From assembly GCA_044345405.1 (NCBI GenBank), contig JBIJBE010000016.1, positions 11,040 through 75,039 of the forward strand: a stretch of DNA of 64,000 bases, read 5' to 3'. The stretch is from Bdellovibrionota bacterium. Its GTDB lineage: Bacteria; Bdellovibrionota_C; UBA2361; OMII01. Below, piece by piece: positions 1-8,219 of the stretch. The position numbers and the translations under genes are program-made. Under the pieces are notes generated by a model. The model worked only from the letters and a program-made list of their open reading frames with translations, was not told the origin of the DNA and ran no database searches. The stretch's first letter is position 1. The number at the start of each line of letters is the position of its first letter.

Positions 1-816
1 CGACGTTACGCGCAAGAGGGATACGGCAACACGATGACGATCGATGTCGGCTATCGGACATTCTACGGACGATTCCCCTCACTTGAATTAGAGCGAATCG
101 TGACCAATCTCACGAGTAACGCCCTACGACACGCACCGCGCTCACAGATACGACTTGTGATTGAGGAGCGAGGGGAGCGTATCGTGGTGTCCGTTTGCGA
201 CAATGGGCCGGGGATTCCGGCGAGCACGCTTAAGGCGATCCGAGAGGGAGACGCCGTGCGGAGTGACGGTGAGTCAGGCTGGGGCATAGGCCTTAAGAGT
301 TGTCTTTCGAAGGCTCGCTCCTGGGGAGGCGATGTCTCGATTGTATCGAACGAGCGGGAGGGGACGTGTGTGAGCGTCTCTATTCCAAAAGGGGAGGCGC
401 CCCTTGAGGCGCGACGTTTGGAGGTCGCGGATGGAGGTATCCATCGAGATGATGCCGATACGCGCGTTGATGTGTGCGTTGTTGATGACGACAAGGAGCA
501 TGGACGCTCCCTCTCTAGGCTTTTGCGCGGGTTTGGATTGAAGGTAGGACAAAGTGATTCTCTGGAATCGTTCTTGCGTGATTTCGCCAGTGAAGATGTT
601 CCTTCAATCTTGTGCGACGCGCACATGCCAGATGGTGGCGCGGAGCGGCTGTTGCCTATCCTCGCGAGATCGTCGAAACCTCCCCGTCTCGCGGTAGTTA
701 GTGGAGACTCTTCGGATGACCAGCTCTATCGCCTCGCGGGTCTTGGCGCGCAGGCATTCTTTACGAAGCCTGTTGATGTGGATGAGGTTGTGGCGTGGGT
801 GAGGGGAGGGGGATGA
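1..816 (+). CDS. Hybrid sensor histidine kinase/response regulator, 5'-truncated by the window edge (HATPase_c + REC)
   Basis: Frame is open from base 1. N box NLTSNALRHA, G1 DNGPGI, G2 GWGIGL; C-terminal receiver VVDDD...CDAHMPDG...SG...KP. Confidence 0.88.
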   Translation, partial: RRYAQEGYGNTMTIDVGYRTFYGRFPSLELERIVTNLTSNALRHAPRSQIRLVIEERGERIVVSVCDNGPGIPASTLKAIREGDAVRSDGESGWGIGLKSCLSKARSWGGDVSIVSNEREGTCVSVSIPKGEAPLEARRLEVADGGIHRDDADTRVDVCVVDDDKEHGRSLSRLLRGFGLKVGQSDSLESFLRDFASEDVPSILCDAHMPDGGAERLLPILARSSKPPRLAVVSGDSSDDQLYRLAGLGAQAFFTKPVDVDEVVAWVRGGG

Positions 817-999
817 GTAATGCCTTGTTCGGCAGTCGCTGGAATCAGCGAAGCGGGAGGGCGACCATTCCTCCCTCGACTTTGCTCGGGACAGGCTGGT
901 CGCCGAGAGGTTGCGTGGCGCGCATGATTTCCGCCTCCCGGAGCACGGCGGTCAGGAATGACCGCCCTCCCGTTGTGCGGGTTCTCACCGCGAAACTTT

Positions 1000-1557
1000 C
1001 TACACCGCCTTCGTCGTCCGCGTATCGATCGGCTTCCCAAGAAGCGGCGGAAGATCTGGATGGTGTTGCATACCACCCTGCGAGTGAACGATCTGTTGCC
1101 TCGAACGTTGGATATCGGACTGTAGGTGCATGAGCGCGTCGAGAACGGTCTCTGGGCGTGGTGGACATCCTGGGATGTACATATCAACCGGGATGATCTT
1201 ATCGATGCCGGCTACCGTTGTGTAGTTATCGTAGAATCCACCGGATGACGCGCACGCGCCAAAAGCTACTACCCACTTCGGCTCAGCCATCTGCTCGTAC
1301 ACGCGCAGAAGAACCGGAGCGAGCTTGTGGTTAACGGTACCAACCACCCACAAAAGGTCTGACTGACGAGGGGTGAATCGTGGAAGCGCGGCGCCGAAAC
1401 GATCGGTGTCGTAGTGGGAGCAGTTCACTGACATGAACTCCATGCCGCAGCACGCGGTCACGAACGGGTAGGAGAAGAGGGAATACTTACGAGCCCAGCC
1501 GAGTGCGCTTTCAAGTGTCGTCGTAAAAAACCCGGACTGGTCAGCCGAATAAACCAT
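1000..1557 (-). CDS. nuoB: NADH-quinone oxidoreductase subunit B (stand-alone)
   Basis: WARKYSL..ACCGMEF, PRQSDL..GTV, MAEPKWV..GACA.SGG, PVDMYIPGCPPRPE. Start reset to ATG 1557, which has GGAG upstream. Confidence 0.93.
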   Translation of the reverse strand: MVYSADQSGFFTTTLESALGWARKYSLFSYPFVTACCGMEFMSVNCSHYDTDRFGAALPRFTPRQSDLLWVVGTVNHKLAPVLLRVYEQMAEPKWVVAFGACASSGGFYDNYTTVAGIDKIIPVDMYIPGCPPRPETVLDALMHLQSDIQRSRQQIVHSQGGMQHHPDLPPLLGKPIDTRTTKAV

Positions 1558-1880
1558 GTGAACTCCATCGGTACATCTTCGAGAGGCGGTCTCAAAACCG
1601 TCGCCCCCTATTACTATATAATATGTCGGTGTCCCGCAAATCGCTATTCGACCCGAACTGATGTGGGAATTGGAAAACATGTGTGCGTTCCAACGTGAAG
1701 GCGTGTATGTGCCGACAAAACCCAAGGGCTCTGGCGCAAGCCGCTGATATTGTTGGGTTTATGGCAATTTGCGGAAGCGGTGGTGTTTCGGATCTTCCTA
1801 AAGCTCGCGCCATCACGGGAATACCCCCGACTCCATCCTTCGTGCTACCCTCCAGCTCGCGTTCGTAAGTAAAGATCTTT

Positions 1881-2648
1881 ATGTCAGCGACCCCAGCGAT
1901 GACCCCCCAACAGAAGGAGTTAACCGACACCAAGAGCTCGGGGCTCGCGGCGTACCGTCGGCTCGCTGTGGGAAAGGGCTCGACCCTGCATTTCGTCGCC
2001 TATGAGGTGGTGCAGTTGCTCTTCGGAAACCTCCCAGGCCTTATAGGTTTCGCGACTCGTGCTCTCGCGTATCCCTTCCTCTTTAAGTCATGTGGTCGTC
2101 GACCGGCCCTTGGACGTGGGGTGCTTGTTCGGATTCCTCAGCAGATCTCCCTGGGTAACGGTGTCCTTATCGATGATGGAGCCTCACTTGATGTGCGAGG
2201 AGATGACGCCTCGATTACTATCAAGGATAGGGTCAGTATCGGTCGCCTCTCAACGATCGCCGCGAAGCACGGGCATATTACCCTTGGGGATGGATGTAAC
2301 ATCGGCTCGTATTGCCGCATCGCCACCCAATCACGAGTTGATATCGGAGAGAGCGTACTGATAGGAGCGTATTGCTACGTTGGGCCGGGAAATCACACCG
2401 GTGGTGGCGAGGAAACCCCGTTGATTGAGCAACCGATGGATATCAAAGGTGGCGTTTCGATCGGATCGCATGCGTGGCTCGGCGCGCGAGTAACCATTAT
2501 GGATGGTGTGAGGATCGGGGCGCACGCGGTAGTTGGCGCGCACTCGTTCGTGAAGGATGATGTGCCGGATTACGCGGTGGTTGTTGGAACTCCAGCGAGG
2601 ATCGTAGGCTCCCGTAAGGCCGAGGCCACGCACACTCAAAACGCGTAG
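1881..2648 (+). CDS. Hexapeptide-repeat (left-handed beta-helix) acyltransferase
   Basis: [LIV]-G-x-x-x-x repeats; C-terminal IGSHAWLGARVTIMDGVRIGAHAVVGAHSFVKDDVPDYAVVVGTPAR. Confidence 0.88.
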   Translation: MSATPAMTPQQKELTDTKSSGLAAYRRLAVGKGSTLHFVAYEVVQLLFGNLPGLIGFATRALAYPFLFKSCGRRPALGRGVLVRIPQQISLGNGVLIDDGASLDVRGDDASITIKDRVSIGRLSTIAAKHGHITLGDGCNIGSYCRIATQSRVDIGESVLIGAYCYVGPGNHTGGGEETPLIEQPMDIKGGVSIGSHAWLGARVTIMDGVRIGAHAVVGAHSFVKDDVPDYAVVVGTPARIVGSRKAEATHTQNA

Positions 2649-2657
2649 AGGATATTT

Positions 2658-3617
2658 TTGAGGCCATTTCTCGTACTAGTTTTCTGTGTTGGTATCGTCG
2701 CCCTGGTCGCGGGTGGATTCGTGCTCGTGCGTGACTTTAATCGTACCTTCCCGCAGCTAAAGCCAGGGGTGTACGGAGGAATGCTCGTTCCCGATGGCGA
2801 AGCCGCGGCGATTCCGTGGTGGGTTGAGTCCACGGTCGGGAGCGCTGACATCCTCGTCGCTCTTGGTGTTCCCGGCGTGCCAGCGCAACGCGGCGTTGTG
2901 GTTGAGTCTTCGAGCAAAACGCGACTTCCGCTCATCGTTACCGGTGCTGAGCGGCGATTTCGTATCGTGGGTCGAGAGGATGATAACGGCACCTATGAGG
3001 GCGATTACACGGACCCGATTACCTCGGAGCGTGGAACGTGGCGCCTAAAGCGATATGATATTCCTCCTTTAGAAAAATCCTCGCGCGACGACCTCGTTGA
3101 GTGGGTGACAACCTGGCAGGCGTTGCGATCCGTAGAGACCAAGATCGAGGAGGTCAAAAACTCGTACGATACGGATGAGGAGCGTATTGAAAAATTACAT
3201 CGATACGCTGTCGAGGGTGACTCTCTCCAGAAGGTCGCAAATTCCCGACTTACCTCGACCTCTTCCGCGCTTGATGAGCTAAAGAAGAATAACGCCGTTA
3301 AGAAGGGGGAGCTCGATGAACTGCTTCGGAATATCGATATCAGTAGGCGAGTTTCAAATGAGGGGCGGCTCGTTGATTTGAGTCGTGAAAGCATCACTCG
3401 AGAAGGGAGATGGATCGAGCAGGCGCTCAACATCGCCGCTCCAAATGTATCTGGCAACTTTGACGCCTCCTACGAGCGAGCGCTCAAGGTAAAAGCGCTG
3501 CAAGATCAGATCGCTGATGAGCGAGGGCTTATCCGTAATCTTACGGAGGGTCCTCGATATCGAGAACGTGACGGTGAGCGTGAGAGTGAGGAGGCTTTCT
3601 ATAATGAGCTTCAGTAA
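2658..3617 (+). CDS. Hypothetical membrane-anchored protein with C-terminal coiled coil
   Basis: 319-aa ORF, N-terminal hydrophobic helix, E/K/R-rich helical C-terminal half, 9 bp after the previous stop. Confidence 0.7.
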   Translation: MRPFLVLVFCVGIVALVAGGFVLVRDFNRTFPQLKPGVYGGMLVPDGEAAAIPWWVESTVGSADILVALGVPGVPAQRGVVVESSSKTRLPLIVTGAERRFRIVGREDDNGTYEGDYTDPITSERGTWRLKRYDIPPLEKSSRDDLVEWVTTWQALRSVETKIEEVKNSYDTDEERIEKLHRYAVEGDSLQKVANSRLTSTSSALDELKKNNAVKKGELDELLRNIDISRRVSNEGRLVDLSRESITREGRWIEQALNIAAPNVSGNFDASYERALKVKALQDQIADERGLIRNLTEGPRYRERDGERESEEAFYNELQ

Positions 3618-4428
3618 GACCTCACAGTGCGTAGGCGTCTTGTTCGCTCTCGGTGTTAGCGTCGCTCACGCCTCTCCTGAGCCCGTAACGTTGGTGCAGT
3701 CGGTCGAGATAGCGGCGCTTCCGGATAAGGCGAACGTAGTGGTTTCTCAAGGGGCAACCGTTATCGCCGTCGTCCCCGCCGCAATCGTGGTTCACGATGG
3801 CTCGCCGACGGTGACCGTTGTCGGTCGAGTAACACTGCCGATAGAGGGTGGGCCCTACAAAGCGCTCGTGACGGTATACGCGAAGACCGGTGAGATAGGC
3901 TCGGCTGTTCGCGAGATCAAGGATGTGCGGCTTGAGCCCGCGGTACTGCTCGACGTGTCCGAGCTGAAGCGACGACTTGGCGAGCAGAAGGCTGAGCTGC
4001 ACAAGTGGGATAAGCAGTCGAATGAGCAGAGATCCAGACTCAAAAAGGTGCAGCAGCAGGCTGATACCCTCTCAAAAGTTGGGAAGATCATCGATACTGA
4101 TGATGAGCTTCGCGCGGCGAAGGAGGAAAACGCGCGCCTCGTCGCCTCGATAGCCCTTGCTCAGGAGCGAGCGCTCGCGCTTAAGAGTAAAGAGACCCCA
4201 CCTAACTTCAAGAAACGGGAGGCCGAGATCTCTACCTACCTCAACACGCTCTCAACCGAGCTCAAGGCATCTGAGGAGGGGGGCGCCTTCGATAGCGCCT
4301 CAAAGGAGCTTCAAGAAAAGAAAGATCTCATTGAGGCGACAAAGTACGAACACCTCGATCTCCTCAAAGATGAGCTTGCGGAGATGCGCCGTAAGCGCGA
4401 GGCGTTGGAGCGCAAGGCGGCGGAGTAG
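3604..4428 (+). CDS. Hypothetical exported protein with long coiled coil
   Basis: Signal peptide MSFSK...VSVAHA; beta-rich N-terminal domain then heptad-rich K/E/Q region; overlaps the upstream gene by 14 nt. Confidence 0.7.
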   Translation: MSFSKTSQCVGVLFALGVSVAHASPEPVTLVQSVEIAALPDKANVVVSQGATVIAVVPAAIVVHDGSPTVTVVGRVTLPIEGGPYKALVTVYAKTGEIGSAVREIKDVRLEPAVLLDVSELKRRLGEQKAELHKWDKQSNEQRSRLKKVQQQADTLSKVGKIIDTDDELRAAKEENARLVASIALAQERALALKSKETPPNFKKREAEISTYLNTLSTELKASEEGGAFDSASKELQEKKDLIEATKYEHLDLLKDELAEMRRKREALERKAAE

Positions 4429-4509
4429 GTTGTCGCCCTCCCTAATGTCGGGTTAAACCCCCTCACAATCGTCCTTTTCCCTTCCTCCAATATCGACTAG
4501 TGTAACTGC

Positions 4510-4779
4510 GTGGAAATAGGGCAGAAACAAGATTTGCAACCGCTCGTGGATGCTATCGTCAAACGACGAATGGTTGAGCCATCTATCTTCCTCCTGGAGA
4601 TGTGCAAACCGCTCGTAGGGTGTTTGCGAGAGCTCTATGCGGTGAGTGAGCCTCTGCTGCACACGCTGCTCGGCAGCTCCCTTGCGCCGGCCTTGAAACG
4701 GGCGCTGCAATCATCCGATGACGCAGAGGTGCTGATCCGTGCACTTGAAGAGACCCGTGGGGGCTCACGGAGCGTATGA
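4510..4779 (+). CDS. Small hypothetical protein (PSIFLLEMCKPL motif), first gene of the GlmL-like operon
   Basis: GTG start; ATGA overlap with the next gene; helical amphipathic sequence. Confidence 0.62.
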   Translation: MEIGQKQDLQPLVDAIVKRRMVEPSIFLLEMCKPLVGCLRELYAVSEPLLHTLLGSSLAPALKRALQSSDDAEVLIRALEETRGGSRSV

Positions 4780-5588
4780 GTGGTCTTGAGCACATCACCC
4801 CTGGAATACTCGTTGTTCTCGTCATCGCGGGTATTATCCTGTATCGCGAATTAAAGCGCGCGCAGGGAGGCTACCACCACTTCATTCGCCGCATCCCGGG
4901 CGTTGATGCCGTTGAGGGCGCGGTTGGTCGATGCGCTGAGCTTGGAAGGCCCGTGGTGTTTACGACCGCGCTTACCGATGTGGGCCCCGTACTCTACGCC
5001 TGTCTTGGAGTGCTTCACGCTGTCGCGCGAAAAGTCGCGCAGTACAAATTAAAGTTGATTGTTCCGCAGTATTCCCCTGAGGCCATGGCTCTCGTTGAAG
5101 ATACTGTGCGCGAAGCGTACCGAGATGTTGGTCGAGGAAGCTCCTTTGATCCTGATGGAATTAAGTTCCTTTCGAGCGAACAGTTCGCCTTCGCGTCCGG
5201 ATATATGGGCTTGATGCATCGCGAAAAGGCGGGCGCCGCCTTCATGTTCGGCGCCTTCGCGGCTGAGGCGCTTGTGTTGGCGGAGGCCGGGCAACAGGTT
5301 GGCGCGCGACAGGTCGCGGCGAGCGTGAGTCCAGAGCAGGTCGCGTTCTTCATCTGTACCTGCGACTACACGTTGATCGGCGAAGAGCTCTTCGGAGCTT
5401 CCGCGTATTTGAGTCGTGAGCCGGTCCAGGTGGCGACCCTCGCGGCGCAGGATCGGTTGAAGCTGCTCTTCCTCGGTCTCATCATCCTGGGTGTTCTCTT
5501 GGCGACCCTTCAAGCATGGTATCCCAGCCTCGCCGCATGGATGCCGCATAGGCTGTTGTCCGCTGATTGGAGCTCGCTCGCATGGTAA
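4776..5588 (+). CDS. DUF6754-like membrane protein
   Basis: TM - soluble alpha/beta domain - TM. IRRIPGVDAVEGAVGR.AE.GRP and CDYTLIGEELFGASAYLSREP motifs, recalled as DUF6754. Confidence 0.75.
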   Translation: MSGLEHITPGILVVLVIAGIILYRELKRAQGGYHHFIRRIPGVDAVEGAVGRCAELGRPVVFTTALTDVGPVLYACLGVLHAVARKVAQYKLKLIVPQYSPEAMALVEDTVREAYRDVGRGSSFDPDGIKFLSSEQFAFASGYMGLMHREKAGAAFMFGAFAAEALVLAEAGQQVGARQVAASVSPEQVAFFICTCDYTLIGEELFGASAYLSREPVQVATLAAQDRLKLLFLGLIILGVLLATLQAWYPSLAAWMPHRLLSADWSSLAW

Positions 5589-6649
5589 CGATACAATCAA
5601 CCGACACGAGAATAAAGCTGATCCGGATCTTCACCTTCTTGGGAGGAGTCTACTTCTTTCTCTACTTCGTTCTTCCCGAGAGCGCCGTGACCGCCATCGG
5701 CATGAAGGCGCACCACGAGCAGATATCAAATGGATTTATCGTGATTGGGGCGATGGCGCTCGGGCTCGGATTGTACAATATCGTTCGAGCTCACGGCGCG
5801 CGGGTCGTCTTTCAACGGAGTGGGTGGTTTAACAGCCTCGCATTGCTCGTTGGACTGGTCGCGATGATCGGAGCGACATCGGCTCAGTGGATAGAAAATC
5901 TTCAGAATACAAAAGACATTCGCTCTGTTCAGGTTCTTGGAGAGTTCGCGACCCGTATCGTCGAAGACGCCAAGAGTCCTCCAACTGATCGAGTTGTACC
6001 CCCGTTTGCAGAACGAGTTTCCGCTCTTGTTCGGTATGGAGAGGAGCGCGTAACGCTGATCGAATCGCATACCAACCTCTCGGTAGAGGCTGGTACGAAT
6101 GGCGCCTCAAGCGTTCTCATCGGTGAGGTGCGAGACCGTATCGCGACCACTCGCGCGAAGCTTGGAGAGATTAAGAATGTTTCCTGGGAACAGCCGAGTG
6201 ACGAAAATTTGGGTCGACTGACACAGTTCTCTCAGGACGCCGCGAAGCTCGCCAGTTCTTACTCCATAGTTAAACGCTCTCACGACGCGCATAGCACCTC
6301 GCAGAAGGTATATGACTTCCTCTTCGATGGGCTCTTCAATCAGCTCGGTTCCGCGATGTTCGCCCTGCTCGGTGTGTATATCGCGGCCGCTGCGTATCGG
6401 GCATTCCGTGTTCGCACGATCGAGTCGGGGCTCATGATGACCGCGGCGGTAATTGTGATGCTTGGGCAGATCTCCTTTGGAAAGGAGATCTATGAGCATA
6501 TGCCCTCCATCCGGCAGTGGCTCCTTGAGGTTCCTAATAGCGCGGCGTTCCGAGCGATCCGACTGGGAGCCGGAGTCGCTGGGCTTATGCTCGCTATCAG
6601 AATGTGGCTCTCTATCGAATCGAAATCTTTCTCATCGGGGCGTAAGTGA
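5582..6649 (+). CDS. Conserved polytopic membrane protein (about 6 TM) with a soluble insertion
   Basis: Hydrophobic helices; MFALLG.YIAAAAYRAFRVRT.ES and AAFRAI.LG motifs; overlaps both neighbours. Confidence 0.78.
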   Translation: MVTIQSTDTRIKLIRIFTFLGGVYFFLYFVLPESAVTAIGMKAHHEQISNGFIVIGAMALGLGLYNIVRAHGARVVFQRSGWFNSLALLVGLVAMIGATSAQWIENLQNTKDIRSVQVLGEFATRIVEDAKSPPTDRVVPPFAERVSALVRYGEERVTLIESHTNLSVEAGTNGASSVLIGEVRDRIATTRAKLGEIKNVSWEQPSDENLGRLTQFSQDAAKLASSYSIVKRSHDAHSTSQKVYDFLFDGLFNQLGSAMFALLGVYIAAAAYRAFRVRTIESGLMMTAAVIVMLGQISFGKEIYEHMPSIRQWLLEVPNSAAFRAIRLGAGVAGLMLAIRMWLSIESKSFSSGRK

Positions 6650-7509
6650 TGGGTGGACGTCGGTTGATATACCTTCTCATGATCTTGGCGGTTGGATTGC
6701 CAATCGTATTCGGCATCTCGCAGAAGCCGTCGCGCTTGGTGTCCGCCGAGCGGATGTATGATGTCGTCGAACAGGTGCGAGTACAACCGGGCGAGGTCGC
6801 CATGGTGTGGTTCGATTTCGGTCCTAATACGATAGCCGAGAACGAGCCGCAGGCGCAGGTGTTGATCGAGCACCTCTTCCGTCGTCGGATTCCGGTAGTG
6901 CTCCTCTCGCAGTATCAACAAGCTGAGCGTTTCCTCACCAAGATTCCGAACGAGGTAGCTCAACGGCTTGAGGCTGAGATGCCGGGTCAGCAGTGGCGGT
7001 ACGGCGAGGCGTGGGTGAACGCGGGGTTTCGCCCCGGTGGCGCTATCTTTATCCAATCGATGGTCAACGCGGCCGATGTCTCAAAGTTCCTCGGACGCGA
7101 TGTCAACGGAATGCCTATCAGCCACTATCCAGCGTTCTCCGCGATCGGGGGCGTTGAACGGGTGAAGCTCGTTGGTGAGATAACAGGACTTGTTGGCGTT
7201 TTCGACAATATCATCCAGTTCTTCCAAAAGAATGAGTATCGACCCACAATCGTGCACGGCTGCACCTCGATTACGATTCCAGAGGCGTACATCTTCCTCG
7301 ATTCAGGTCAGTTGAAGGGACTTCTTGAGGGGATAGCGGGGGCAGCGTGGTACTCTGAGGTTCTGAAGGAGCACTTCCCTCATAGTGAAAATAAGGAGCT
7401 CTTGGTGACGAACACGGCGCTTAGCGCCGCTCACATCGTGCTTATCCTACTCATCGTTCTTGGAAACATCGTACCGTTGTTTGAACGTCGGAGGGCGAAT
7501 CATGGATAG
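6649..7509 (+). CDS. Conserved membrane-anchored protein (TM - alpha/beta domain - TM)
   Basis: RRLIYLL.. anchor, SGQLKGLL.G..GAAWY, C-terminal AHIVLILLIVLGNI; TGATG overlap with the upstream stop. Confidence 0.78.
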   Translation: MGGRRLIYLLMILAVGLPIVFGISQKPSRLVSAERMYDVVEQVRVQPGEVAMVWFDFGPNTIAENEPQAQVLIEHLFRRRIPVVLLSQYQQAERFLTKIPNEVAQRLEAEMPGQQWRYGEAWVNAGFRPGGAIFIQSMVNAADVSKFLGRDVNGMPISHYPAFSAIGGVERVKLVGEITGLVGVFDNIIQFFQKNEYRPTIVHGCTSITIPEAYIFLDSGQLKGLLEGIAGAAWYSEVLKEHFPHSENKELLVTNTALSAAHIVLILLIVLGNIVPLFERRRANHG

Positions 7510-8218
7510 CTCCTCAACATGGGCCCTCGCTTCCGTTATCGTTGGTGGACTCGCGACCCTCGCCATCTTTAGCTTCCTTATTAAAGAGAACGGATTCTAT
7601 CGTTTCTTCGAGCACCTCTTCATCGGTATCGCCGCGGGGCTTGGACCGATGCTTATTATCCGCGACTTCTTGTGGCCGAATATCCTGGAGCCGATGTTGG
7701 GTCTTACCATCGTGACCTATCCAGACGGGACCCACTCGGAGTCGTATCAGCCACTCTACCTCCTCTACATCATCCCGATGATATTTGGGTGTCTCTACTA
7801 TTTTATCTATTCGCAGCGGTACTCGTGGCTCGCCAAGCTTGTTATCGGATTTACACTTGGCGCGAGTGGAGCCCTGGCGATTCGAGGCTTCTTCTCTGAG
7901 GCGGTCCCGCAGATAGCGGGAAGCTTTAAACCTCTTGTCGTCTTCGTTGAGGGTAACGTATCCCTCCTGGAGAGCTTTAATAATATCCTCTTCGTCGCCA
8001 CGTTGCTGTTGGTGCTCAACTATTTCTTCTTCACCTTCGGAAAGGAGGGCTCGCTGCAGGGCAAGATAGCGCCGGTCGGGCGGCCGCTTCTTATGGTGTG
8101 CTTTGGAGCGTTCTTTGGCTCAACGGTCATGGCGCGACTCGCCCTTCTCGTCGAGAGAGTGCAGTTTATCGTTCACGATTGGTTCGACGCGGTTGGTACC
8201 CTAGTGGGGATAGGATAG
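7502..8218 (+). CDS. Conserved polytopic membrane protein (about 6 TM)
   Basis: TLAIFSFL.KEN.FYRFFEHLFIG and GR.LLMVCFGAFFGSTVMARLALLVER; GGAGG RBS; overlaps the upstream gene. Confidence 0.78.
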   Translation: MDSSSTWALASVIVGGLATLAIFSFLIKENGFYRFFEHLFIGIAAGLGPMLIIRDFLWPNILEPMLGLTIVTYPDGTHSESYQPLYLLYIIPMIFGCLYYFIYSQRYSWLAKLVIGFTLGASGALAIRGFFSEAVPQIAGSFKPLVVFVEGNVSLLESFNNILFVATLLLVLNYFFFTFGKEGSLQGKIAPVGRPLLMVCFGAFFGSTVMARLALLVERVQFIVHDWFDAVGTLVGIG

Positions 8219-8219
8219 C

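Noticed and set aside
1558-1725. N-terminal extensions in the ORF track (nuoB; also DUF58 to 26499, MoxR, transglutaminase, YceI)
   Set aside because: Family homology, RBS position and stop/start overlaps favour the downstream starts used here.
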